A DNA stretch of 60,482 bases, the filler included, from Hausera hauseri (lineage: Eukaryota): the NCBI GenBank assembly GCA_046269625.1. It is 12 parts of 12 records of this genome, joined end to end, with 100 filler letters (N's around TTAATTAATTAA, not from the genome) between each part and the next. Parts side by side here need not be neighbours in the genome. Positions count along the whole stretch, not along the records: positions 1 to 4,685 come from JBJURY010475798.1; positions 4,786 to 9,242 come from JBJURY010571117.1; positions 9,343 to 13,585 come from JBJURY010679773.1; 9 more parts are not named here. One strand, 5' to 3'. This document shows positions 1 through 12,122 of the stretch, one piece after another (within the stretch, counting starts at the first letter, position 1; every line of letters begins with the position of its first letter). Below the pieces are notes generated by a model. That model had not been told where the DNA came from, did not search any database, and saw only the letters and a program-made list of their open reading frames with translations. The position numbers were made by a program, and so were the translations under genes.

Positions 1-728
1 CTTAGCGATATATTTTCTAATACAAATGATTAAGGCAGTAATCCGAGCAGTAATAAATGGGTATCATATATTTACATTGAGCGAATTTTCATGTAAAATA
101 CTGACTGCAATCATAACGCCTTTTGGAAAGTTCTTAAAGGCATACAAAGAAAATAGATGGAAATAGGACGCAGAACGCCATGTCGGTTATTATAATCGTA
201 AACGAAAAGGAAAGCCTATGTTCTTGTACAAGCGAAATTATACAAAACCTAATACGCGAAAAAATAATTCAGATGATGATGAGCCTAAGGTAGGAGAAGT
301 ACTTTCAGTAATAAACAGACATAAGACGCATTCTGTCATTAAAGCACCATTGCCTATGATACCTCCTATCTCTCCAGTCTATGAAGACTGTGACAAATGA
401 TTAATAAGCTCATATCAGACCGAAATCTATAGAAGGACAATTAGTTTAGAAGACCCCTATGAAGAAACGAAACGTTACGGAGTCCTACGGAAAATGTGTT
501 AACGACAGCCCCTCGACGACCCCAGAATACTGTGTTCCCCTAGATAACCTCGAAATATAAAAAATAGATCACCTGTCTGGGAAAATCCCAGGTTAAAAAC
601 CTTCCGGAATATAGAACCACACACTAACTATCGAGAACCATTAATTAGTATACATGAAACGAAAGAATTGAGCATCGAAAACAATGAATTATATCCAAAC
701 GGAGAATTAAGACAATTATTGGAAAACA

Positions 729-3700
729 GTGTCCTCCCCGGAAATTCGAATTAACGGGCATGAAATATCGGCGTCTAAACGCCCAAAAGTTGCATCAAAC
801 TGTTTCGGAACAGTAATAGAAGGAAGACCCTTCGCCAAAATCATCATTGAAGGCTGGGAAGTTTACGCATTAATCGATACAGGTTCTGAGATGTCTTACA
901 TTAAAAATGATTCAATACCCCAAACGCTAAGAGGACAATTATACCCACCATCTACGAAGGACCCAGGAAGTACAGGAGCTTTTGGCCAAATGTCGAGACC
1001 TATGTTCAAATAGAGCTCAGAATTTCAAATAGTTGAACAGTTTTTCCGTCATGAACTTGCAGTTATGGAACAATTAACTGACGATGTAGTTTTAGGGTGT
1101 GATATACTCAAGAGACTTGCATACAGGAAAATTAATAGAAATCAGACCAAATAAAGGCGTAAAAAACGCTAAGGATAAAAAATTTGGAGAAATGTGGATA
1201 CTAATAGATGAAAATATTCCACCGAGAACAGAGATAATAATTTACGCGCAAATTCAACAAGATGACGATCAACCGGTATATTTCGAACCAAAAGCGACAT
1301 TAAATCCGAATATAATACTCAGTAACATACTGACAAGAGTACAATCCGGTCGTGTACCGATCAGAATAGCAAATAATGCACCGACCTCCGTCAAGCTTCA
1401 TGCTTATACTATTTAAGAAATACCTATAGAGTATCGTCTATAACTATTGAAGAAAAGCCTTACATGTGTGCCGAATTCCCACCTCATGTCTAAACTAAGT
1501 TTTCACCTGAATCCTACTACCGATTTTATGAATTGTTGTGCCGCTATAAATCAATCATTGCTAAAGACCACGAAGATATTGGTAGAGTAAAAACATTAAA
1601 ATTGGCTATCCCGCTTAAGAAAAAGCCTGGGTCAAATGAAGAAATAGATCTTGAGGACCAAAAGATGCCGAAATGGTATCCTCCGCCACATTCACTAAGG
1701 CCCGAGCTAACAAAAGAAGTCGAACGGATGCTTAAAGCCGATATAATTAGGCCCAGTTCTAGATCTTGGTATTCACCAATCATCATGGTTAAAAAGAAAG
1801 GTACTACAAAACATCGATATTGTATCGACTACAGAGCATTGAATAATCTTATGATGAAAGATTCTTTTCCATTGCCATCAGTAAAAGAGGCTCTATACAG
1901 ACTCTCAGATGCAAAATGGTTTACCACTCTGGATTTACAATTCGGATATTGGCAAGTAGAAATCGAGGACGAATATCGATATAAAACAGCGTTCAAGACA
2001 CATGATGGCGTCCTTGAATTTAATGTCATGCCATTCGGTATTACTACCAGACCAGCTATTTTTACAAGAATGATGAATAAAATGTTAATGGGACAAGACC
2101 ATACTTTTGCATACTTAGATGACGTAATGATAGCGTCAAAAACAGAAGAGGAACACTTGAGGGATATTGAACACGCTGATGCGACTGGAACAGGCCGGAT
2201 TGAAATTAAATGCGAAATGTAAATGGGCTCAAAACGCAGTATCCTACCTTGGCCATATAGTTGGAGAAGGAGGATAAAAACCAGATAAATCATTATTGAA
2301 CAAAATATCAGATTGCATGGAGCCACAAAATCAGAAGTATTTAAGGCATTGGCTAGATCTATGGATATTATGCCACTTATGTGCCGGACTACTTGAAAAT
2401 AAATGCATCCTTGTATCGTCTATATGAAAAAGGAATTAAATGGAAGTGGACGGACGTCGAACATAAAGCTTTGGACGAAATGAAGAACGTATTAATAAGT
2501 GAACCAGTTTTACTATATCCAGACATTAACTTACCCTTTATAATCAAGACAGATGCCAGTAAAGAAGGTATTGGATATGAATTAGCGCAGAAAAGAGAAG
2601 ATGAATAATTAGAACACCAAACTGCTTATAGAGGACGCTCCTTGAAGAAGGCCGAGAAAAACTATTTCGTTACTGAATTAGAAACTCTAGCTGTAAAAGA
2701 AGCGCTTCGACATTTCAACGTTTACATGTACGGGCAGAAAATTATAATTGTCACTGATCACAAAGCCGTCACTCTTTAAAAGGCCAAGCAAATAACCCGA
2801 CATGCAGATTTAACAGATGGATTGAAGAAATTTCTAGATACAATATCGAATTCCAGTATAAGCCAGGAAATTAACATGTAGATGCCGATGCACTATCAAG
2901 ATTAAAGACCAAAACAAGTGCAATAACTGTAATGAAGAAAAGTCAGCTTGAAGAAGTAATAGATCGCCAACGTGCCTTAATGTTAGATAAAGCGATTAAA
3001 ATCTCAACCGAACAAAGAAAGAATAGAATTATCCAGCAGATTATAGAATTTGCTGAGGAAGACATAATACCAAAAGGACGACAATTAAAAAAACATCTAT
3101 GTAGACACGGACACAAATATTGCGTCCTGAACAACAAGAACCTCGAAAACCTTCTATATTATGAGCGAAAAGGAAGAAACTGACAGTTATTCCGAAAAAC
3201 TTACGAATTGAAGTTTTGATGTCGGAACATGATGTATATTTGACCGGACACATGTCCTGGAAGAAAACATTAGAAAGAATATTGAATAAATACTTTTGGC
3301 CCAGAATCTATATTGATGTAAAGAATTGGGTGAATGCTTGTGAAGTATGCGAGACCAAACAAAAGAAGACGAAAAATTACATGTCGGAACTGAAACCAAT
3401 CGACGCACCTGGCAGACCCATGCAGGCCATGTCAATGGATATCATAGGACCACTACCTACGACTCATAAGAATAATAATTATCTTAACTTGTATTGATCG
3501 ACTAACTCATTTTGTCGAGTTGATAGCGTTAATTGATCAAAAGGCAGAAACTTTGGCAGAAGCTGTAATAGGAAGAATCATTTGATGATATTGACCGCCA
3601 GACCAAATATTAACAGATCGAGGAAGAAATTTTACAAGTGAACTATTCGAGAAGATTATTAAAATATTTGAAATTGAACGGTTAACTACTACCGCGTATC

Positions 3701-4300
3701 ACCCTCAGTGTAATGGAATGGTTGAACAAATGAATGCAACTGCCATACGCATACTATCAACAGTAGTAGCTAAGGACCAAAAAGATTGGGACGAATTTTT
3801 AGAAGGAACTTAGTTTGCAATCAATACCACAGCACATCCGGCAACAAGATTTATGCCATTCTTCATGATGTATGGATGTGAAGTTGTTACCCACAGACTT
3901 AGGAATGATGCCATACACGGTCAATTCCAACGATTTAGAACAAAACTTCGCAGAAGTATTACAGACGCAACTACAAAAGTGTTGGGAAATCGCCAAGGAG
4001 CTATCCCACAAATATCAAGAACAGTTTAAAAAGCAATATGATAAGAAACCGAAACCGCATGATTTAGAACAAGGAAATTGGGTTTATGTACATTATACAG
4101 TAGCTAAGAAAGGTACGTCATTAGAACTGACTCGTACAGGCAGAGGACCGTACGAAGTTACTAAAGTTACGCCAACTACGGTGTATTTCAACAAGAATGG
4201 AAAGGAAGAAATCGATCAGTACAAAGAGTCGTTAAGACGGAGATACGGCCCAATGAACGTTACAATTTATGTCAATGCGAGAAAAAAATTTCCTCAATAA
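729..4300 (+). mobile_element. pol: Ty3/gypsy LTR retrotransposon pol, degenerate (PR-RT-RNaseH-INT)
   Basis: Protease ALIDTGSEMS; RT RYCIDYRALN, TLDLQFGYWQV, VMPFG, AYLDDV; RNase H TDASKEGIG; integrase H..GH..WPRI..CEVC and MDIIGPLP. Gypsy domain order with many stops and frameshifts. Probable gag remnant at 1-700. Confidence 0.95.
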
Positions 4301-4685
4301 TTGCTAGACCGATATCATACGTTCAGATAGTTTTAGCGCTACGATTAATTGCTTCTTATATCCCAAGAACACAAACTCAATGGTGGGACGATGAAACTAC
4401 GCTAGGAGACGTATATGGAATTCGCAAGAGCGGATCAAAGCCGAAATTTATTATAAAGGAAAACAAACCAATGGCCGAAGAGATACAGAAACGAGAAGAC
4501 ACTATTTTGTTACAATCAATGAAGGTTCATTACTTTTCGCCCGACTCTGTGTGTTGGATTTAAAACTTGGAGACCATATCACTATTTCGGAAGATTTCAA
4601 GTTGTACTATAGGATGTAGCAACAAAAGAAGTAAAAAACTGCGATTTTGAACCCGGAGATTATACACAGTGCTGCGACATAGATT
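4255..4685 (+). pseudogene. Possible env-like extension after the integrase
   Basis: Frame reads ERYNL..., then hydrophobic ISYVQIVLALRLIASYIPRTQT-QWWDD, and later the Cys-rich NCDFEPGDYTQCCD. Truncated by the contig end. Confidence 0.4.
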
Positions 4686-4785
4686 NNNNNNNNNNNNNNN
4701 NNNNNNNNNNNNNNNNNNNNNNNNNNNNNTTAATTAATTAANNNNNNNNNNNNNNNNNNNNNNNNNNNNNNNNNNNNNNNNNNNN
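4686..4785. other. Artificial contig spacer (N44-TTAATTAATTAA-N44); the same spacer occurs at 9243, 13586, 20687, 26438, 31369, 36584, 40633, 45540, 52104 and 56420
   Basis: Identical 100-nt spacer with a six-frame stop 12-mer occurs 11 times. A separate 10-N scaffold gap lies at 21015-21024. Confidence 0.98.
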
Positions 4786-5005
4786 AAATGCAATATTTTA
4801 CATTAAGGATTAAATTGATGGACAAAGGTTTACACAACTCCATTCAGACTTTCCATAGTTGCGAATGACGACGCATTCAACAACATTGAACAACTCGCTG
4901 ACAATGGTGCCTGACAAAATCCAATGTCCATATCGTGATCATGGACCACATTGTGCTTACACAAAATGTTTATGGCTTTGTACTGACTTTGTTTCATGCA
5001 AATAA
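4786..5005 (+). pseudogene. 3' end of Polinton DEDD-like exonuclease gene (paralog of 9344-9800)
   Basis: IFYIKD...CPYRDHGPHCAY; collinear DNA similarity to 9585-9800. Confidence 0.65.
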
Positions 5006-5121
5006 ATAAATATATGTACGTATTTCCTTCTTTCTGTAAATAATGATCATGTCATGTTTAGCAGTATTGGTCAATTAAATAATTCAAAAACCATAAATAC
5101 GTGCAGGTTATAATAATAATA

Positions 5122-5489
5122 ATGGAAACTGTACACATTTATTACGAATGACATCAGTAAAGTGAAGGTAATTTGTATCACGGTTATAACAGACAATACT
5201 CACAAAGTAAATGTCTATTGTTTACAATGAAAACAAATCGGTATGAACAAATTTGATAGTTGACAGTGGTTTCGTGTTGAGTAACGATATCCGAGATACA
5301 TCGTCGGTTTTTCTTAAAGGAAATATGGCGAAAATTGTCAGTTTGCATTGCGGGGAAACAGCGGCAGCAAAATTAGTTTTGCCACCGGAAGGATCTAAAG
5401 GCCATCTAACATTGAAGTTGAAATGATACAAGGGTCTGTACGGCGTTAAATCACCAATATGGAAACTGGGGAAGTTTACTATGATTTAA
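5122..5489 (+). pseudogene. Polinton accessory region: RING-gene remnant (METVHIYYE*) plus internally deleted unknown ORF
   Basis: Collinear with 10356-11009 (LSNDIRDTSSVFLKGNMAKIVS...KGHLTLKLK), lacking roughly 10490-10770. Confidence 0.7.
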
Positions 5490-5800
5490 CCGACTTACTT
5501 TGTGTGTTTTTGTGATTTTAGTTTTTCTCCGATCAATATATAAATTTAATCATTGTTTGTTTTCTCGTACAAGGTTGTTGTTTTACTTTTACTTCTATCA
5601 TACGTTATAATAATAGGTTAAGTAAGTAACCGAAAACAAAACACAAAAGATATTGAACAAATTACATTATTAACATTGACACAAAACAATGCACAAAAGA
5701 TAATCATTGTCAATAATTGCCACAATATCCAGACTAGATTGAATTGTCTGTATCTGACCTGATCTGATCTGACACCACCGAAAATATTTTATTTCAACCT

Positions 5801-8800
5801 TCAATGTCTATACGCCCCATTTTTATTCCGCCTCACCCACTTTCGCTTATCATTGTTGTATGACAAAGCGACTTTCGCACTAGTTATTGTATACAGCTGG
5901 TGCTCAATCGATCGGATGACCGTTTGAGACACAACAGTTTTTGATTGTCTTTGTTCTTCTTCTTCTTCATAGACACGGCGATGATCACGGCGGTTTATTT
6001 CCGTCTGGGCCAACTGAATTCCTTTGGCGCCCATTTTTGGTCCACAGTCGGTTAAAAGTCTACAACAATTTGTCGTAGAAATATGCATCCCTGTTAGTGA
6101 ACCCGACCTTCACTTTTATCCTTGAAGCATCCGATTTTGTTTGTGATGGCGCTGATGTACAAAGTGTGATACTGTAGGTAATTGGACGTGTCCAGTAATC
6201 CATCTGCCATCATTTGCCGCCGTATTTGTTTGCGATTGAGGTTATGCAGTTCGAAGAAAAAACTATCTGTGTCACCGGCAATTATATTGATCCTGCATCC
6301 ACTGCCTCCGCCAAACATTTGCCGGTATCGTGCCAAATCGCGATACTGCAGCTTATACATTTACAACTTGCTCAGATCCAATACCACTTGTCTGATATAA
6401 CTTGGCAAGTTTAGTACGACTTCTTCCCTGTTTAAAAGCACGGCAACCAATCCGTAGGAAATGTGCATTTACCACCAAAACTGCTCCTTACTCGTGTTCG
6501 TGACCAACCGCTTTTCGCTATTGCACAGGTGTACATCGAGCCGATTTTTCAGATTCTCCATTGTTTTCCATAGAGAGAATTATTTTTCGGTTTGGGATAG
6601 TCTTTTTCAAACTATGTACAAGCTGCTGCTCGTTTTTCCGAATTCCGACTGATATACGGCTTGAATATGGGAGCCTGTGCAAATCGGATTGCGCAATGAA
6701 GCTGTGTGACGCGTACACCCAACAACATGTAAAATTGCAACAGGTGCTAACGAACTATGTAATTTTGCTTAAGCTCATGCGTCATAAGCAGCTTCTTCAC
6801 CTTTGAGCCCGGCGGACGTTGGATGATTGGTCTGACCGGCAGTTCATCCAAAAAGTCACGCAGCTCATCTAATACCACGAGATCAACTTCCATCAGGTAT
6901 CGAATTGAGCTGTTTTCTGTTGTGTTTGCTCTCGGCAGATTTTCTATTATGTCGTCCAGCTCTTGCTTGTCTACTATCCATTCGAATGAACTGTACGGTA
7001 AGGGTTGTGAAAGCGCCCAGCCGTACAGGTTATTAATGCCGATACACAACAGTGATGTGGAATCATCGCTGGTTACTTGATGCTTGTTAACATCAAACAT
7101 TCGGTACATTTCCGGGTCTTGCAATAGCTTGATATCCCGATCCAGTAACATCAGAGCTGATGCCCAACTCATTCCGGGTATTGAGTAAAAGTTGAGTGGC
7201 TTCAGTCTATCTTCTGTCAACCCTTTAGCTCGAATTGCCTGAAACATATCGGCTAACAAGTACACATTCAATTTCAGATAGTAAAGCATGTACTCCAACA
7301 GGTTTCTGCAGTCAAGCTCTGCCCAAAACAATTGTGCTTTGTGATATTCTTCTTCTGTTATACTGGGCCATTGTGGCGGTAATTCATCAGTCGTCTGGAG
7401 CCGCTCGTACTATATCGCAAAGTCATACGGGAATATGCCTTTGCTACGCGTTACATGCACAGGGAACTAAGTCATTGCTAGCGGCACATTTGGTAAGGAA
7501 TTTACCTGCTTTGACAGAGATTCATGGAGAAATTAAGATGAATCAAGAAATCATACCTGGAACCGGTTTATACGAGCAGGAAGTGATAGGCATTTCTCCA
7601 TCGTAGTCGGAATTACGGATAGTTCCCAGTTCGGAAATCCACTTATTACCCATTTCAAAATATGGTGACAATCATAACTCCTGAAGTTATTAAATACCAC
7701 CAGTAGGAACGGCCGCAAACGCCTTGCCAAATTGCATGAATTGCATGCTGTTCCCAAGTATCGACCGGTAAAATGATCGTGATCCGATACGAATTGTTCC
7801 TGCGCATCAAAGGGTAATATTTTTTTGGCACAGATAACATTCGTCGGTGGCTGCAAACATTAACAGTTCATATTCGTCTGTCCACATCAAGGGTTTGTTG
7901 CTATTTCTACTCTACTAGAATGCAATTTGCGTTTTTACTATTGTTTCCAAGTGACGCAGGAAATCACGGATACACTTCCAGCCGTGAAAAACGTAATACT
8001 ACAGTTGATCAGTGGCTTTTATTGGGACTAACAACATACCGACATCGATTGGAACGAGCTTTTGATTATATACATTTTGCCGTGGTAGAAATGCTTCAAT
8101 GTCAGCACACATCACGTATGCCGGACTATCGAATTTTGACCAGTCACTGAATCTCAGCTCCTTTTTGATTGCCATGACGAACATTGTGGTTTTCGAGGAA
8201 TTTTGTCTGCACAGAGTGACATGTTTGTCCCATTTTATTTCTGATCTGAATTCGTGAAGACATACGGGACAACATTTACATCGTACAGGCTTTTTGATAA
8301 ACTGGTCATGTTCCATGTTCAACAGTCTGTCCAAATTTGTCACGGCCACGAAATGGAGTTTTTCCTTTTGTTTTAACAGCAACAAATTTATTGGGCGGCC
8401 ATTTGGGTTCCGACTACGATAGGTTATATGCACATAAGGATTTTTGTAAATTTTTCCATCCGCAGGTATTTCTATTATTGTGTTGTCCTGGAATACGTTG
8501 ATTGCCAGTGTCGTATTACGCCGCTCAAATGTCGGCTTGGATTTCAGTTTCATCGGCATCTAGCACCCATCGTAATTTAATTCGGAAAAATATTTCTGAT
8601 ACTGTTTTAGACTATATGCACTATGCCTGTCCACTTCGTCATATTTCAATACCGCCAGAACATTGTAAAGAAAACAGTATTAGTTGTTAGTATTTTTTAC
8701 ATTCACTACCGCCAGAGACTGCTTCAGAGCTGCGGGTGTCGGTATGAATTATCGTCTAGACAAATATATTATGTTACTCGACTTTGTTAAGATAAAGCCG

Positions 8801-9173
8801 AGGGTGACAATTTTTATAATTCGCCATCCACTACCCTTTTTTGTGTATTTGGCGATTTTCTCCTAGAGCCTTTCGCCTACATCAACAATAAAATCTTTGG
8901 CGTATGGTACAGCTCGATGTGACAGGTACCATTGTTTTCTGTCACCTTCCAAATTTTCGAATTCTGCCAGTGCATAATATTGCACTTTGCAGTGATGTTG
9001 GAATTTCTCCAATTCTGATTCCAACCGGTTGCGCACATTTTGCGAATATATCTGAATTGCATTGTTGTTTTCGCCATCGCTGACATGTTCGCTTTTATGT
9101 CCACGTACAATCTGTTCAGATCGTACTTGACTGTAATATTGTGAATATTGGCATCCTGTTGCTCCTGTTGTAG

Positions 9174-9241
<68 letters not shown>

Positions 9242-9242
9242 G
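5801..9242 (-). pseudogene. polB: Polinton/Maverick protein-primed family B DNA polymerase, degenerate
   Basis: KGSGW-type N-region; ExoI CADIEA; EndoVII-like DHDHFTGRYLGTACNSCNL; NNFRSYDCHHIL; KGIFPYD; YLKLNVYLLAD; INNLYGWALSQPLPY; AGDTDSFF. Multiple frameshifts. Confidence 0.95.
9157..9242 (+). repeat. (TTG)n microsatellite, the poly-Gln (CAA) tract at the pPolB N-terminus
   Basis: More than 20 perfect TTG units running into the gap. The minus frame reads QQQ..QLQQEQQDANIHNITVKYDLN, matching 56890-56960. Confidence 0.9.
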
Positions 9243-9343
9243 NNNNNNNNNNNNNNNNNNNNNNNNNNNNNNNNNNNNNNNNNNNNTTAATTAATTAANN
9301 NNNNNNNNNNNNNNNNNNNNNNNNNNNNNNNNNNNNNNNNNNT

Positions 9344-9800
9344 TTCCAAGATGATAATGCCCGGTACATAATAAAGGAATTATGCATTATGGATGTCGGT
9401 AACATTTTCGAACCGCTTGTGTACATATTCAAGCCCGGTATTGTGTAGAAAAACTTGACGGAAAAAGCGAAAATTACAAATGGATTTTTCTTTGGACATC
9501 GTTATCGACTTCATTGGAATGAAGGCAATTCTGTTTTCTGTGGCGTGTATTATGGGAGACATTTGTGATCGTGTTGACATTGCAAATACAATATTTTACA
9601 TTAAAGATCAAATTGGCGGACAAGAGTTTACACAACTCCATTCAAAGTTTTCCGTGCTGCGAATGACGACGTATTCAACGTCGAGCAGCTCCCTGGCGAT
9701 GGTACCTGACAATATTAGATTCCGTATCGTGATCATGGACCACATTGTACTTATAAAAATGTCTACGGCTTTGTTTTGACTATATTTCATGCAAATAAAT
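9344..9800 (+). pseudogene. Polinton accessory DEDD-like 3'-5' exonuclease
   Basis: Across frameshifts: FQ..YIIKELCI..YIFKP..NLTEKAKITN..LHWNEG..FYIKD..PYRDHGPHC. This matches the KEL/FKP/LxWxxG/YVKG/C-H-C pattern of Polinton/adintovirus DEDD proteins. Confidence 0.65.
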
Positions 9801-9905
9801 AAATGTATTTCACTGTTTCCTTTTTTCCCGTAAATAAGGTACGTCGTATTTGTCAGTTGAATAATTCAAAACTATAAATACGGGTAGGAAATAATATTAA
9901 TCGTC

Positions 9906-10385
9906 ATGGAAATAGTTAATCAATTGAAGCAATTGCAAAATTTTGATGGATTATCAATTTCACACTTGACACGATGGTGGCAAATACTTGATAATGGGCT
10001 GGTTGCGAGAGCAGCAGGTGATTTTGGATTTAAAGAAGATTTGGCGTCAATATCATTGAAGACAGCAACAACAGACTGTAGCTCTGTAGAAAATCTAATA
10101 ATTATATTAAATAAAATGTTCATTCACCGATTGTACGATACAAATTAATTTGATACTGTTGAAAAGGTACGCAGTGAATTAACGAACATGAAAGAGAAAA
10201 TAATGGACAAAGTATGAGACTCTCAGTTTTTGTGTGTACTATGTAAACAAAGAAGAGTGGATACGGTATTCTTAATGTGCAGGCATCTCGTTGTTTGTCA
10301 AATGTGCACCACCACCAAAGTAACTCACCAATATCCAGAATGTAAATGTGCTATAATGGAAATAGTGCACATTTATTACAAATGA
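9906..10385 (+). pseudogene. C-terminal C3HC4 RING (IAP/MIB-type) E3-ligase-like gene, 159 codons with two in-frame stops
   Basis: In frame with ORF 9906: CVLCKQRRVDTVFLMCRHLVVCQMC..YPECKCAIMEIVHIYYK*. One Cys has become Tyr. Confidence 0.8.
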
Positions 10386-11009
10386 CTTCTTCAATAACGG
10401 AACATAGGCTTCAATGATGTGGAGGTAATTTGTATCATTGTGACATAAGACAATACTCAAAGTAGATGTCTATTGTTTATAATAAAAACAAACCTTTGAT
10501 ATAAATATGGATGCAATTTTATTTCACGTTTGTCATCTTTAAAAGATGTCTGGAAAACAATTCAGCAGGTGAGAGTCTCTCAAAAAACCACGGTACAGCG
10601 AATATTCGCTCAGAAATTCCCGGTTGTATAATGGATACAACTTACATTATCTGCGCAACGCTATTCAATTGCCCTTGACGCAAACGGTCAAAATCAAACC
10701 GGTGAAATATGGTTTATTGGTGAAAAAGATCATCGGCGATGATTTGGATACAATGGAAGACACAATTAGAAAGTTGACAATGATTTGGCGTTAAGTAACG
10801 ATATCCGCGGTACATCGTCAATTTTTCTTAAAGGAAATATGGTGAAAATTGTCAGTTCACATGGTGGAAAAACAGAAGCAGCAGCAGCAAAAGCAGTTTT
10901 GCCACCGGTAGGAGCTAAAGGCCATCTAACATTGAAGTTGAAAGGATACAAGTATTTGCACGGTATTAAATCACTAATATGGAAGCTGGGAAAGTTTATG
11001 CTGATTTGA
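10382..11009 (+). pseudogene. Conserved Polinton ORF of unknown function, convergent on polB
   Basis: The C-terminal 74 aa are conserved in the second copy (5270-5489). Disrupted upstream. Confidence 0.55.
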
Positions 11010-11191
11010 CTAACTTCATATTATTTCTTGTCACATTAAGTTAAATAGGTAAATTAAATGATAATAAAACAAAAGAGAAAACACAACGAATAATATAAAT
11101 TATTTATACAAAACAAACAGATCACAATAAATTGTAAAAATAATTTGATCCGTCTGCACCGAATTAATGCGTACGTGTTTTTTTCGAAACA

Positions 11192-11903
11192 TCAATATCC
11201 GTACGCCCAACTCTTATTTCGCCCCACCCATTTACGCTTATCATCATTGCATGATAAAGCGACTTTTGTATTGGTCACCGTATACCACTGGTGCTCAATG
11301 GACCGGATGATCTTTTGTGACACAACAGCCTTTGATTGTCTTTCTTCTTCATAGATATGACAATAATCGCTATGGTTTATTTCTGTCTGAGTCAACTGAA
11401 CTCCTTTTGTGCGCATTTTCGGTCCACCATCAGTTAAAAGACTATAACATTTTGGCCGTAGAAATATCCATTCCCGATACTGAACCCGACCTTCATTTTC
11501 ATCCTTGAAGCAGCCGATTTTGTTGGTGATCGTACTGCTGTACAACGGATGATCCGGTGGATAGTTGGACATATCCAGTAATCCATCTGACTGCATTTGC
11601 TCCAGTAGCTGTTCGCGATTGACTGTTTTCATCCGCAGGAAAAAATTATCTGTGCCACCGGCCATCAAACATTTGCCGGTAACGTGCCAAATCGCGATAC
11701 TCTTGCTCATACATCCGTAACTTGCTCATGTCCAATATTACTTGTCCGATTTAACTTGGCCGATCCAGAACGACTTCTTTCCTGTTTAACATCACCGCAA
11801 CAAATCTATCGGCAAAGTGCATTGACAACTGACTCTGCGCCTTACTCGTGTACGTGACCAAACGCTTTTCGCTATTGCATGGGCGTACATTGAGCCGCTT
11901 TTT
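11192..11903 (-). pseudogene. polB: pPolB C-terminal fragment (second copy)
   Basis: KIGCFKDE, WIFLRPKCYSL, KRKW..WAYG; similarity to 5801-6550 ends abruptly near 11903. Confidence 0.92.
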
Positions 11904-11904
11904 A

Positions 11905-12087
11905 ATGAAGAATTTCCGAAAAACAATTGTTAAACATAAACCTACCAAGCGGGTGCCCGGCAAGAAACGTATATCAAAGCAAACAGCCGCTACAGTCAAG
12001 CGATTAATCAATTCTATGCTTCGAATAACAAAAGCAGCAGCAGCAGCAACTAGACGAAAATTACCGTCACAGTGGCAACGGTTATAA
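11905..12087 (+). CDS. Small Lys/Arg-rich protein, putative Polinton DNA-condensing core protein
   Basis: 60 aa, very basic (MKNFRKTIVKHKPTKRVPGKKR...), immediately upstream of the pX-like gene. Confidence 0.4.
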   Translation: MKNFRKTIVKHKPTKRVPGKKRISKQTAATVKRLINSMLRITKAAAAATRRKLPSQWQRL

Positions 12088-12122
12088 ACAACTACGTCTC
12101 ATCAGCATCAATACGTCAAAAA

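Noticed and set aside
1099-1416. Separate gene or dUTPase between protease and RT
   Set aside because: No dUTPase catalytic motifs are present. It is the common gypsy PR-RT linker (IPPRTE..VPIRIAN) isolated by frameshifts.
4730-4741. Recurrent TTAATTAATTAA as a biological motif (for example a piggyBac or PacI site)
   Set aside because: It is always centred in an identical N-padded spacer, so it is an artificial six-frame stop linker.
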